From contig NC_068990.1 in the NCBI RefSeq assembly GCF_001194135.2, forward strand, positions 85,691,493 to 85,750,234: a stretch of DNA of 58,742 nucleotides, written 5' to 3'. Shown one piece after another: positions 34,932 to 47,265 of this stretch. The translations under genes and the position numbers were made by a program. Origin of the DNA: Octopus bimaculoides. Its lineage: Eukaryota. Every line of letters starts with the position of its first letter. Position 1 is the stretch's first letter. The notes under the pieces were generated by a model, which did not search any database, was not told the DNA's origin, and worked only from the letters and a program-made list of their open reading frames with translations.

Positions 34932-37163
34932 ACACACACACACATGCATGTGCGTGTGCGTGTTCATATACATACGCATGCAGTACATACGTAAGTATGT
35001 TTGTACATCTTCCCTTGAGTATGTGTATGTATGTCTACGTGTGTGTGTGTGTGCGTGTGTGTTTCTACATGCGTATGTAAAACAGTTCAATGAGTTCCAT
35101 CTTTTAACGTCAATAGATTACTTACCCATCCAATAAATATAGATCGGTGAAATAAGTACAAGATTTAAAGAAGTATTGGGGTTGATATGATCGATCGATT
35201 AAAACAATTGGAGGTGGTGCTCCAGTATGGCCAAAACCTAATTCTAAAATTGATTAATAAATACTCATTTCAAACCCCGGCACAAAACCATAAGTTTGAC
35301 AGGTTTGTATAGTTTATTACGTCAAACTCATTACTAAACTACTGCTGTATATTGACGACCTCGAAAGGGTGAAAGACCAAGTCGATATCGACGAGATTTA
35401 AACTCAGAACATAAAGGGACGTAACTCAATCCCATATGCTATTTTTCTCATCGCTCTAGCAATTCTGTCAATCCAAATATTGAACATCAAATTTTTTCAT
35501 GAAAATGGTGGGGAAAATGAAAATTCCTACGCTGAAATATTTTAAATATTTCCCCCTTTTTTTTTTAACTGAATTCTGATTCAAGTTCAATATGTAATTT
35601 CAGGGTTTTATTCCTATTTCGATTTATATTTACGTAAAATTGTGAGTTTTAATGAAACTGAAATTTCAGGTAGTAAAAAATGTGTTGTTTGTTTAATGCA
35701 ATAATAATAATAATAACAATTAAAATGTGGTGATGTAAACTTATTTCCTATAAAATATTTTCATGTTTTTTTTACTGACACATTGGATTTTGACTAGTTC
35801 TGGGAAATATCGACCCCGGGGTGGGGATGTTGAAAGACAAGAGCCTACATTGTTGGGAGGTGAACTGAATGTGATGGTGGCGGTGTGGGGGTCACGGGGA
35901 AGAAAGAAGAAAAAGAAGGGGAAGCAGGGACAACATAGATTGGGTGGAGGAGGAGGAGAATGGCCAGTATAAACGGACCAANNNNNNNNNNNNNNNNNNN
36001 NNNNNNNNNNNNNNNNNNNNNNNNNNNNNNNNNNNNNNNNNNNNNNNNNNNNNNNNNNNNNNNNNNNNNNNNNNNNNNNNNNNNNNNNNNNNNNNNNNNN
36101 NNNNNNNNNNNNNNNNNNNNNNNNNNNNNNNNNNNNNNNNNNNNNNNNNNNNNNNNNNNNNNNNNNNNNNNNNNNNNNNNNNNNNNNNNNNNNNNNNNNN
36201 NNNNNNNNNNNNNNNNNNNNNNNNNNNNNNNNNNNNNNNNNNNNNNNNNNNNNNNNNNNNNNNNNNNNNNNNNNNNNNNNNNNNNNNNNNNNNNNNNNNN
36301 NNNNNNNNNNNNNNNNNNNNNNNNNNNNNNNNNNNNNNNNNNNNNNNNNNNNNNNNNNNNNNNNNNNNNNNNNNNNNNNNNNNNNNNNNNNNNNNNNNNN
36401 NNNNNNNNNNNNNNNNNNNNNNNNNNNNNNNNNNNNNNNNNNNNNNNNNNNNNNNNNNNNNNNNNNNNNNNNNNNNNNNNNNNNNNNNNNNNNNNNNNNN
36501 NNNNNNNNNNNNNNNNNNNNNNNNNNNNNNNNNNNNNNNNNNNNNNNNNNNNNNNNNNNNNNNNNNNNNNNNNNNNNNNNNNNNNNNNNNNNNNNNNNNN
36601 NNNNNNNNNNNNNNNNNNNNNNNNNNNNNNNNNNNNNNNNNNNNNNNNNNNNNNNNNNNNNNNNNNNNNNNNNNNNNNNNNNNNNNNNNNNNNNNNNNNN
36701 NNNNNNNNNNNNNNNNNNNNNNNNNNNNNNNNNNNNNNNNNNNNNNNNNNNNNNNNNNNNNNNNNNNNNNNNNNNNNNNNNNNNNNNNNNNNNNNNNNNN
36801 NNNNNNNNNNNNNNNNNNNNNNNNNNNNNNNNNNNNNNNNNNNNNNNNNNNNNNNNNNNNNNNNNNNNNNNNNNNNNNNNNNNNNNNNNNNNNNNNNNNN
36901 NNNNNNNNNNNNNNNNNNNNNNNNNNNNNNNNNNNNNNNNNNNNNNNNNNNNNNNNNNNNNNNNNNNNNGTACCAAGAAGGGCAGCTATCTGGCAGAGCT
37001 GTGACACGTTGGCTCGATTGCTCTGTGATAGTAGTTCGAGCTGTGTGTTTCCTGAGTTCGAACTCCCAGCGGGATTTTTTTATTTTTTATTTTCATAGTC
37101 GACAAATAAATATCCAATTTTGTAGGAGTGTCGAACTTCTCTTTCTCTCACTCTCCCTTTTTG

Positions 37164-37319
37164 TCTAACAATGCATCCTGTCCTAACTCTTCGAAACGCT
37201 TAGTTTTAGAATGGTGGCCGCTGATGAAGTAAATGTTCTCTATGTGGCCTGTGTGTTTTCTGTGCTCTGTTTATGTTGTTTCTCATTTTGTCCACGTTTT
37301 CTTGTGATGTCCTGTACTC
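37164..37319 (+). mobile_element. Penelope-type non-coding repeat (family P2)
   Basis: TTCGAAACGC..GT..CTGATGAAG..CTCTATGT.GCCTGT..CATTTTGTCCACGTTTT..GTCCTGTAC aligns with the reverse complement of 37443-37637. Confidence 0.55.
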
Positions 37320-37442
37320 AGATATGCATCTATATATACATGTAGATGTAGGTATGTACATACATGTATGTACATATGCATATACTCACATATTATTTAT
37401 ATATGTACATACCTACATATATACGTATATATACATGCATAT

Positions 37443-37637
37443 GGGGGTACAGGACGTCAAAAAAACGTGAACAAAATGAAAAAACGAAGACATAAAAAAA
37501 CACCAAAAACATGGAAAAACAAACGTTTTTCGGACAATGAAAGAAACAAATAGAGAAACGAGACAGGCAACATAAAGAACAATCCCTTCATCAGTTGTCC
37601 CCTGTTTTATCTACTCCGCGTTTCGAAGGTAGGGACA
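37443..37637 (-). mobile_element. Penelope-type non-coding repeat (family P2), second copy, tail-to-tail with the first
   Basis: Minus strand reads CCTTCGAAACGCGGAGTAGATAA..ACAACTGATGAAGGG..CATTTTGTTCACGTTTT..GTCCTGTACCCC. Confidence 0.55.
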
Positions 37638-37671
37638 AAAAAGAGTAAAACAGTATACATATGTATATATA

Positions 37672-37812
37672 CGACGGGCTTCCACATAATTTCCGTCAAT
37701 CAAATTCATTCACATAGTATTCGTTGGTCTGAGGCTATAATGGAACACACTTGCCCAAGGTGCCACGTAGTCGGACTGAACTCAAAACCAAGTAGCTGCA
37801 AAGCGAGTTTCT
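37672..37812 (-). mobile_element. Old SINE A 5' half
   Basis: ACACTTGCCCAAGGTGCCACGTAGTCGGACTGAAC..CTACACAGCCATACCTG. Similar old copies at 21133-21290 and 54106-54240. Confidence 0.8.
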
Positions 37813-38080
37813 TTACTACACAGCCATACCTGGGTCTGAATACTATTAAAGATTTCGCACTGAATTAATTCTACAGCATCTTACAACAACAACTAAAAAA
37901 AAGAGTGCAGAGCTACACATCTATTTTGTCTTGGAATATATTTTCTACGAGTCGATCGATATATAATGAGAGAGAAGCTAGCTAAAAGTGTTATCTTTGA
38001 AGATGAACTTCCATATATATCTCTTTTCAAAAGAAGATAAACAGTAAGAAAGATTATACATACATACATTCATACGTGTG

Positions 38081-38117
<37 letters not shown>

Positions 38118-38572
38118 ACGTACGCACCTGTATCGATCTGGTTAAATTATTAAATAACTAACTGCGATGAACGCCAGAAATATGAAAAATTAATCAGAAT
38201 TGAATATCTTCGTAAGAAGTAGAGGTTATTCNNNNNNNNNNNNNNNNNNNNNNNNNNNNNNNNNNNNNNNNNNNNNNNNNNNNNNNNNNNNNNNNNNNNN
38301 NNNNNNNNNNNNNNNNNNNNNNNNNNNNNNNNNNNNNNNNNNNNNNNNNNNNNNNNNNNNNNNNNNNNNNNNNNNNNNNNNNNNNNNNNNNNNNNNNNNN
38401 NNNNNNNNNNNNNNNNNNNNNNNNNNNNNNNNNNNNNNNNNNNNNNNNNNNNNNNNNNNNNNNNNNNNNNNNNNNNNNNNNNNNNNNNNNNNNNNNNNNN
38501 NNNNNNNNNNNNNNNNNNNNNNNNNNNNNNNNNNNNNNNNNNNNNNNNNNNNNNNNNNNNNNNNNNNNNNNN

Positions 38573-38744
38573 CAAAGAACACTTCAAAAGTAAGTAGTCG
38601 CGACTTCTCTTGAAAATGGACGGAGTTTTTGCATGGTGGTGTTATCAAGTACTTGCAGAGAGAAAGGGTTTAGCCCCAAAGGACATTCATGCTGACATGG
38701 TTACTATATTAGGGGATGACGCCCCAGCTTTATCAGAGGCGCGG
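38573..38744 (+). pseudogene. Mariner transposase N-terminal fragment
   Basis: GVIKYLQ (frameshift) KGLAPKDIHADMVTILGDDAPALS matches the mariner N-terminal HTH. Truncated by a SINE A. Confidence 0.75.
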
Positions 38745-38803
38745 GAGTGGTTGTGTGGTAAGCAGCTTGCTTACCAACCACATAGTTCCGGGTTCAGTCC
38801 CAC

Positions 38804-38850
<47 letters not shown>

Positions 38851-39110
38851 CGTAAGTATGTGTCAACGAACGTGTATGTGTATGGGCATGTATATGAGTA
38901 TGTGTGTATGTCTTTGTGCTTGGCTTCCACCACCACTACCACCACCGCCACCGCCACCACCACTACCACTTGACAACCGATGTCGGTTTGTTTACGTCCC
39001 CGTAACAAAAAAAGGCTCGGCAAAAGAGAATAAGTATCAGATGTAAGACGAAAGTACTGCAGTGGCGAGGAGAAGTCATTTGCTCGACTAAACAGTTCAA
39101 GGTTATTGGT
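38745..39110 (+). mobile_element. Rearranged SINE A (head, microsatellites, decayed 3' part)
   Basis: GGAGTGGTTGTGTGGTAAG..GGGTTCAGTCCC, (GATA)n, ACCACTTGACAACCGATGTCGG. Confidence 0.8.
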
Positions 39111-39849
39111 TTGCCCTGTAATAAGCCACAGTCCGATGACTACAACAAGTGAAAGTTGAAGCCATGCTGGGTGTAGAATCGGAACTGTTAACCTACTGGC
39201 TGGTTGTCTAATATCGTTAGAACACAATCGATTCGCTAAACAAACACTGGAAACCAATGTCTTTTGTCAACCTACACAACCTAATTCTGTCTGGTATTTT
39301 CTATAAATATATACATTCATTTTTCATTTTGTCATGCCATTTGTCCCAACTCGGGTTACATAATAAACAGCCTCTGTGTTTTTAATACACCCACTGATAT
39401 CATTTCTGACACACCTAAGAAGCATATTGATCGTAATGTGTATACGTATATACGCACCCACATGCCACAAGGATTAAAATTAATCAAAGGACATACTAGG
39501 TATGTGTACCTGCTGGAAATAACAGTCAAAACTCTTATTTGAATCGCCAAAATAACAGTCAAATCATAACAGAGTCAATGATATCTTCGCAAATTAATTT
39601 TTCGTGAATTATTTGCTCCGTACACACACACACATACACACACACACACACACACACATAGAACCAAACAGAACTCTCGGTAAGTTCTCCACTTAGTGCG
39701 CGTCTATCAAGGAGAGCTATGGTTGAGGTTGGGGTTTAACAATGTGGAGAGTATGTAGTAATTAACAAAATTAACAAGCGAGAAACAAGTGAGAGAAGAA
39801 TAAACAACTCACTTTTTATAATTTGTTAATTAATCTATCTATAAATTAA

Positions 39850-39883
<34 letters not shown>

Positions 39884-39905
39884 TCTATCTATCTATCTAT
39901 CTATC

Positions 39906-40082
39906 TGTTGTGTCGACATCCCCAGGCGAAGAAGTAGGATCTCCCAAGACATATAAATAGAGGTAGTCTGGCTGTGGTAGGTGTGTTGAGTAGCGGTTGA
40001 GTAGCAGTCGAGTCGCAGTTGTGTAGTGGTTGAGTAGAGATCATCCGAAGGTGCTGGATAGCAGTAGCGTTGAGACATAACA
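39906..40082 (+). mobile_element. Candidate solo LTR (177 bp)
   Basis: TGTTGTGTC...GACATAACA termini (8/9 inverted match), TATAAATAG near 39952, and flanks CTATC/CTATT (4/5 TSD within a (CTAT)n tract). Confidence 0.5.
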
Positions 40083-40316
40083 CTATTTATCTATCATATC
40101 AATCTTCCATATTTATGGACTTGAGGACCGAGAGTTTAATGCATTGGTACTCCTCAACGCACGAAATTCTCGGCCCTTAAATCACTTTGTTGCTTCTGCT
40201 AAATATTAATGTTTGTGTGTAAATTTATATATACAATATACGTGCGTACATACATACATACATACATACATACATACATACAGTGCACCGTAGTTGAAAT
40301 CAGTTGCCCAGCAGAT

Positions 40317-40424
40317 CTTAAGTGTTTTCGCTCAATAAACACTCACAACGCCCGGTCTGGGAATCGAAACCGCGATTCTATGACCGCGAGTCCGCTGCCC
40401 TAACCACTGGGCCATTGCGCTTCC
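40317..40424 (-). mobile_element. SINE C head only
   Basis: Matches 43020-43128. Confidence 0.9.
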
Positions 40425-40508
40425 GTTGAGTAATATAAGGCTCTTCTTTCATAAGACCCAAGTTACTCTGGTGGTTGAAAAAAAATATTGGTTACGTGTA
40501 TCCTATAT

Positions 40509-40582
40509 GGTGCATGGATCCCAGGGAAATATCGGTGCATGGATCCCAGGGAAATATCGGTGCATGGATCCCAGGGAAATAT
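40509..40582. repeat. 25-bp tandem repeat x3
   Basis: GGTGCATGGATCCCAGGGAAATATC twice, plus 24 matching nt. Confidence 0.95.
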
Positions 40583-41418
40583 GTCCTGGATATCATATAC
40601 GAGACACAAGACAGGAAAAGGTTTAAAGTTCGGGCAATACACGAAATATTTAACGTGGTGCTTAATTTAAGCCACAACAGCTACGTTTGTATCTGCGTCG
40701 TAAATTCTTCAAAGTCTGAACTGGAAATACTCAGAAATAGAAAAATAATCGATATTCCACATGAATTAAATATTGAACATTAATTTCCATCATTGAAATC
40801 TGGCAGATGTTATTTCTGCATTGGTATTCTGGATACTGGCATATTTTTCTACACTAACCCACGTGCACCACCCCTTGCCTCGTAAACATACGCCCACGCG
40901 CATACATCCGTACGCGAACACACGACAAATTTCTTTTAATTGCGTGTGCATACATACACACGATCACAAATAAACGTACGCTTGCACCCCCACATTGTCT
41001 AATTGCATGTGCTCACACACTCACATGTCATACACAAAGTGTGCATACACATAGTGTGCATACACACATACATACATACAATTTCCAACCTACACACACG
41101 CACACACACGCATACTATAAATATCACTAATTGCATGGAATCACACACACACACATTCACATGCATACAAACACTCACACACACAAATATATATACACAC
41201 AGGATTTAGCCAATACACTCTGCAAATATCCTTAATTGCGCGTGATCATACACATGCACACATACATTTATACACAGACAGAAATGCATTCACCCAGTCA
41301 TACAACCAATCGTATAAACAGTAAACACAAAAAATATGCATACATGTGTATATATNNNNNNNNNNNNNNNNNNNNNNNNNNNNNNNNNNNNNNNNNNNNN
41401 NNNNNNNNNNNNNNNNNN

Positions 41419-41454
<36 letters not shown>

Positions 41455-42312
41455 CACCATACGCGCACGCGCAGTTGTGCATTCAAGTCTACAGAAACGC
41501 GCGTGCACACACACATGAATACATACAATTATTTTAACACAAGCATACATGCACCCGCAAGCACCCGCGTGCCCGCGGATGTGTGTGTGAATGTGTACAT
41601 GTATATGTGAGTGCGTGTATATATATGTTAAAGGTTAATGTTAACACTTTTACCCTACTGCCAAACAAAGAACTGAAGACGTAAAACTCGCTGTGAAAAG
41701 AAATATTTATTCCTAAATATAGATAGATAATTCGTGACAAACTGCCGGATGTTTCGAACTTATCCAACATACATACATATTCTTCCTCGGCATCTTCTTC
41801 CCGTCCCATATTGAGTTGATCCACAATCTAACATACTTTGCAAACTCAACATTGACTGACTAATTTTTACTATTAGTGGTAACATTAGTTATTTCTCTAA
41901 ATCTAATATTGTTTTTAGCAATGTCTTCATTGACTTGGGATATGTCTTTCACAAAACTCCTCCAATACAATGGGAGTGCGTAGCTTGTTTTCTGTGGTTC
42001 AGAAGAGCAGCCACTGTGGCATGCACTTCTCCAAGAATATTCAATCAGAATATTAATAGAAGTGTGTGTATATNNNNNNNNNNNNNNNNNNNNNNNNNNN
42101 NNNNNNNNNNNNNNNNNNNNNNNNNNNNNNNNNNNNNNNNNNNNNNNNNNNNNNNNNNNNNNNNNNNNNNNNNNNNNNNNNNNNNNNNNNNNNNNNNNNN
42201 NNNNNNNNNNNNNNNNNNNNNNNNNNNNNNNNNNNNNNNNNNNNNNNNNNNNNNNNNNNNNNNNNNNNNNNNNNNNNNNNNNNNNNNNNNNNNNNNNNNN
42301 NNNNNNNNNNNN

Positions 42313-42387
<75 letters not shown>

Positions 42388-42740
42388 CTAATCGCTGTCA
42401 TTGTACCTCCCCTGACAGCATTCTGTCATTGCATTGGAGCTGAAAAGAACACTAACCAGCATCTGGGTGTTTCGAATCCAGTTTTATCTACTTATATAAT
42501 TTGTCCATCCGTCAGTGGAACGTGTTTCCCAACGTCGGTAACGGTTAGCAATTTGAAAGGTGTCACAGTGAAATATAAACCTCTCCTATTGCATAGAGAT
42601 TGGAGTAATGCAGCGTTTGAAAAGAGGTGAAAACCGAAACTCTGCTGTGAATGAATGAATATAACATGGGTTCTTTCACAATTCATGACATTAGGAAACA
42701 AAAAGAGATGTTAATGCTATTTGTTGTTGATTCAGACACG

Positions 42741-43128
42741 TGTTGCTGTTGGCACTCCGTCGCTTACGACGTCGAGGGTTCCAGTTGATCCGATCAACGG
42801 AACAGCCCGCTCGTGAAATTAACGTGCAAGCGGCTGAGCACTCCACAGACATGTATACCCTTAACGTAGTTCTCGGGGATATTCAGCGTGACACAGTGTG
42901 TGACAAGGCCGACCCTTTGAATTACAGGCACAACAGAAACAGGAAGTAAGAGTGAGAGAAGGTTGTGGTGGAAGAGTACAGCAGGGTTCGCCACCATCCC
43001 CCGCCGGAGCCTCGTGGAGCTTTAGGTGTTTTCGATCAATAAACACTCACAACGCCCGGTCTGGGAATCGAAACAGCGATCCTATGACTGCGAGTCCGCT
43101 GCCCTAACCACTGGGCCATTGCGCCTCC
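42741..43128 (-). mobile_element. SINE family C (tRNA-derived), full length with TSD
   Basis: Head GGAGGCGCAATGGCCCAGTGGTTAGGG..GTTTCGATTCCC, (AAC)-type tail, TSD TCAGACACGTGT (42732-42743) / TCAGACATGTGT (43129-43140). Confidence 0.9.
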
Positions 43129-43683
43129 TCAGACATGTGTAAGGGTATCATTAAAAAATATCAAAGTAGATCAGATGAGAACTAGATCCAAGGTTCTTTA
43201 AATAGCTCAGAGCAAAGCGATCCGGGAATACGTTTATTTTATGGCCAACGGTTGTTGAAAACACCAAGTATATGTCACCGTGATATCATGGAAACTTATG
43301 TTTACAATTGAATGGTTGAGAAACTTTAAAATTACGATCTGAGATGTCTAAAATTTAATCTATTCGTTGGAAAGATATCAGCAGATTTGAAATCACTGAA
43401 AAATTCAGTTACATATTGTTTGATGAGCTGATTAACAAAAAATAAATATATAGATAAAATAGATAAAAGAAAAGCGAAAAAATCATGGTCATGTTTTTTA
43501 TTTTTTTGTTTTTTTAAGATTGAGCTCTAATACTCTTGCATATCTGATAATCCAACACTACCCAAGTTTGATGCGTATGGATTAGCAGAAATGTATTTGT
43601 AAAGTGTATTTGGTGTTGCTTCAGTTATATTCCTTGTAGTTAAATTAACCGTTCCAAATTTTGACATAAAGTTAGCATTTGAG

Positions 43684-43719
<36 letters not shown>

Positions 43720-43734
43720 GAGAGAGAGCAGGTC

Positions 43735-43886
43735 AATGCCATCGACCTCAATACTCAACTAGTACTTATTTTAATCAATCCCCAGAGGATGATAGGCAAA
43801 GTCGACATTGGCGGTATTTGAACACAGAACGTAAAGAGTTGGAAGAAACACCGCTAAGCAAACGATTCCGCCAGCTCACAGCCTCC
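43735..43886 (-). mobile_element. Decayed SINE B
   Basis: GGCAAAGTCGACATTGGCGGTATTTGAACACAGAACGT..CGATTCCGCCAGCTC. Confidence 0.8.
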
Positions 43887-44214
43887 CTTACAATTAATAA
43901 TAATGTATACTAATTCCCCGGTACGGCTTTCCTTGATTTCCAGCCGGACAATAAAGCATTTACTGCAAGTGTAATTGGTCAACTATTTCACAATTAACAA
44001 TTACTATTAATCACTGCAATTAGTTGAGTCCGGTCAGCTACGATTCGATTGCTCTCGTATTTCATGCAGTTCGCCGTTGTTTCAGGTATGTCTGCATAGC
44101 ATTTTGTTTAAAATTGTTTATCGGGTCTTTTTTTTTTATCGCACACCCCGCATCGATTTCTCTTTTAAAACATGCACCCCACCATGAACGAACAAAGTAG
44201 ACAGACAGACAGAT

Positions 44215-44249
<35 letters not shown>

Positions 44250-44679
44250 AGACAGACAGATAGATAGATAGTAGATAGATCTTTACCATTCAATCCGAAA
44301 AAAGGATGCTTCCACAGTCATTTAGCTAGAAATAGTAGCAAAGTCTCTCTTGACTTTCACCCTAACATCTTAATAAATGAAGGCTATTTCATATTGTACA
44401 ATTCCGGATACATCATGCTTTAAGAATATGCGAAAGCGGAAACACTTTTCATGATAGGTCTGTTCGAGTGATTAAAGTTGTCTTTTTTTGCGGGGGGGGG
44501 GGAATAACAACAACAACAACAACAGCAACATATGTTTACCGTCCAATGTCAACACCTGTTTTTCTATTCAATACATGTGTTTATATATATATATATATGT
44601 ATATATATGTGTGTGTTTGTGTATCTATATCTATCTATCCATATATATATAGAGAGATCTGTCCGAGTGATTATATATG

Positions 44680-44900
44680 TGGTTCAAATTTACAGAAAAA
44701 CAAAAGACGAAGACAGGTGTAGGAACAACAAGCAGGTGTATTAGTTTGACGCTCGGGAAAAATAGAAAAGTCTTTTACATTTCGAGCCTACGCTCTTCGA
44801 CAGAAAGGAATAAGAAGGGAAAAATGGAGAGAGAACGAAAAGACAAATAAACGGGTGAGAAAAACGCAGCGTACAGTTCAGCGGTCCAACATGGCGTATA
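44680..44900 (-). mobile_element. Penelope-type non-coding repeat (family P1)
   Basis: Homologous to 10540-10680. Related terminal pieces at 45152-45212 (+) and 52425-52462 (-), each ending at (TA)n. Confidence 0.65.
44772..44807 (-). ncRNA. Minimal type I hammerhead-like motif with non-canonical core (probably inactive copy)
   Basis: CTTT-CTGTCGA-A-GAGC(GTAG)GCTC-GAAA-TGT-A-AAAG: stems I and II are perfect, position 6 is T instead of A, and the ACGT stem III is decayed to ATGT. Confidence 0.5.
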
Positions 44901-44937
44901 TCACGGCTTATATGATTATGTGTGTGTATATATATGC

Positions 44938-44970
<33 letters not shown>

Positions 44971-45101
44971 CATACATACCCCCCACACACACATATAGGT
45001 CTGTTCGAATGATTATATATATGTACATACATACACACATACATATATACACACATATATACCCACATATATACATACATATACATATATACGTACACAC
45101 T

Positions 45102-45153
<52 letters not shown>

Positions 45154-45907
45154 CTTTTGTTATTTACACCACCTGTCCTCGTCTGTTGTTGTTTTTTCGT
45201 ACATTCTCCCATATATNNNNNNNNNNNNNNNNNNNNNNNNNNNNNNNNNNNNNNNNNNNNNNNNNNNNNNNNNNNNNNNNNNNNNNNNNNNNNNNNNNNN
45301 NNNNNNNNNNNNNNNNNNNNNNNNNNNNNNNNNNNNNNNNNNNNNNNNNNNNNNNNNNNNNNNNNNNNNNNNNNNNNNNNNNNNNNNNNNNNNNNNNNNN
45401 NNNNNNNNNNNNNNNNNNNNNNNNNNNNNNNNNNNNNNNNNNNNNNNNNNNNNNNNNNNNNNNNNNNNNNNNNNNNNNNNNNNNNNNNNNNNNNNNNNNN
45501 NNNNNNNNNNNNNNNNNNNNNNNNNNNNNNNNNNNNNNNNNNNNNNNNNNNNNNNNNNNNNNNNNNNNNNNNNNNNNNNNNNNNNNNNNNNNNNNNNNNN
45601 NNNNNNNNNNNNNNNNNNNNNNNNNNNNNNNNNNNNNNNNNNNNNNNNNNNNNNNNNNNNNNNNNNNNNNNNNNNNNNNNNNNNNNNNNNNNNNNNNNNN
45701 NNNNNNNNNNNNNNNNNNNNNNNNNNNNNNNNNNNNNNNNNNNNNNNNNNNNNNNNNNNNNNNNNNNNNNNNNNNNNNNNNNNNNNNNNNNNNNNNNNNN
45801 NNNNNNNNNNNNNNNNNNNNNNNNNNNNNNNNNNNNNNNNNNNNNNNNNNNNNNNNNNNNNNNNNNNNNNNNNNNNNNNNNNNNNNNNNNNNNNNNNNNN
45901 NNNNNNN

Positions 45908-45969
<62 letters not shown>

Positions 45970-45980
45970 GTGTGTGTGTG

Positions 45981-46155
45981 TATACGACAGGCTTCTTTCA
46001 GTTTGCGTCTACCAAATCCACTCACAAGACTTTGGGTTAGGGTTAGAGTTAGGCTATAGTAGAAGACACTTACCCAAGGTGCCACGCAGTGGGATTGAAC
46101 CTGGAGCCATGTGGTTGGTAAGCGAGCTTCTTATCACACAGCCAGGCCTGCGCCT
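45981..46155 (-). mobile_element. SINE A 5' half containing a telomere-like insert
   Basis: Family A match except that GGGTTAGGGTTAGAGTTAGG (46034-46053) replaces GGTCGGCCCGAGG. Confidence 0.9.
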
Positions 46156-46164
46156 ATATTGAAA

Positions 46165-46500
46165 GAACTATATGAAGTCTTGATCGCAGCTGATTTGTGG
46201 CTAAATCACTGCAACACAGCTTTCAGAAACCTTATGAACTCTACAAACGATACGCACATATCTCGTAAGTTTCCCAAATGGAGCACCACAAGGATCCGTC
46301 CTTCCACCCACTCTTTTTTAAATTATATCTGCCAACACGACTGTCCTGCGCCTCCTTCAAACATTTATCGAATCTCTTCAGATGACTTCACACTCATTCT
46401 CTCATTAATTTCTAGTCGCTGCTGAACAGCTACTCCAATACTCCATCAAGCACAAAGAAACCTGGCTCCAATGCAGCAGACATAAAGTAACATCTGTCCT
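46165..46500 (+). pseudogene. Decayed LINE reverse-transcriptase fragment
   Basis: FPNGAPQGSVLPPTL (PQG motif) from 46271, then a frameshift and ISSDDFTL (YADD-box equivalent) near 46373. Confidence 0.75.
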
Positions 46501-46638
46501 AACCTAACAAACCGACCGTCTCCCTTACCTGCCATGGTTAAAAGTGTACATTTTCAGAAGCACACATGCAGACACACACACATCCATGAAGAGGATCACT
46601 AAGAAAGTGAGAATGTCGAAAGAGGAAAAGAAATCAAG

Positions 46639-46673
<35 letters not shown>

Positions 46674-46910
46674 CAAACAGACAGACAGACAGGTAGAGAA
46701 CTTCCACATTCTATGTATGCTTGATAACATTTACATGAAGACTAAGATTTTATAAAGGAGAAGCTGTAGCGACACATCGTCACGATTCTGGTTGTCTTGA
46801 GGACATTAAACAACTATCAGAATGAAGTATCATCATCATCATCATCATCATCATCATCTTCATCAACAACAACAAGAACAATAACAGCAACATCATCATC
46901 ATCATCATCA

Positions 46911-47012
46911 TCCTTTCGGGGTCGATAAATTAAATACCAGTGAAACACTGGGGTCGATGTAATCAACTAGCCCCCCTCACACCAAATTTCAGGCCTTGTA
47001 CCTTTAGTAGAA

Positions 47013-47050
<38 letters not shown>

Positions 47051-47265
47051 GGCGTGGACCTGGCGGAATCGTTAGCGCGCCGGGCGAAATGCTTGGCGGT
47101 ATTTCGCCCGTCGCTACGTTCTGAGTTCAAATTCCGTCGCGGTCGACTTTGCCGTGCATCCTTTCGAAGTGGATTAAATAAGTACCAGTTACGCACTGGG
47201 GCTGATGTAATCGACTTAATCACCTCCCCTAAGTTGCCCTTGTGGCAAAAATTTGAAATCATTAT
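46911..47265 (+). mobile_element. SINE B 3' half (46911-47015) followed by a SINE B (47048-47265) in its (ATT)n tail
   Basis: Family B blocks. Confidence 0.85.

Noticed and set aside
35780-35981. Signal-peptide-like frame on the minus strand (FILAILLLLHPIYVVPA)
   Set aside because: It derives from low-complexity pyrimidine-rich sequence, stops soon after, and its upstream context is in a gap.
40509-40582. CRISPR-like direct repeats
   Set aside because: The units are contiguous with no spacers, and the context is eukaryotic with no cas genes.
26242-43128. SINE heads as genuine tRNA genes (26242, 40317, 43050, and the family A/B heads)
   Set aside because: Box A and B are present, but there is no closed acceptor stem or oligo-T terminator, and each continues into a repeat body.
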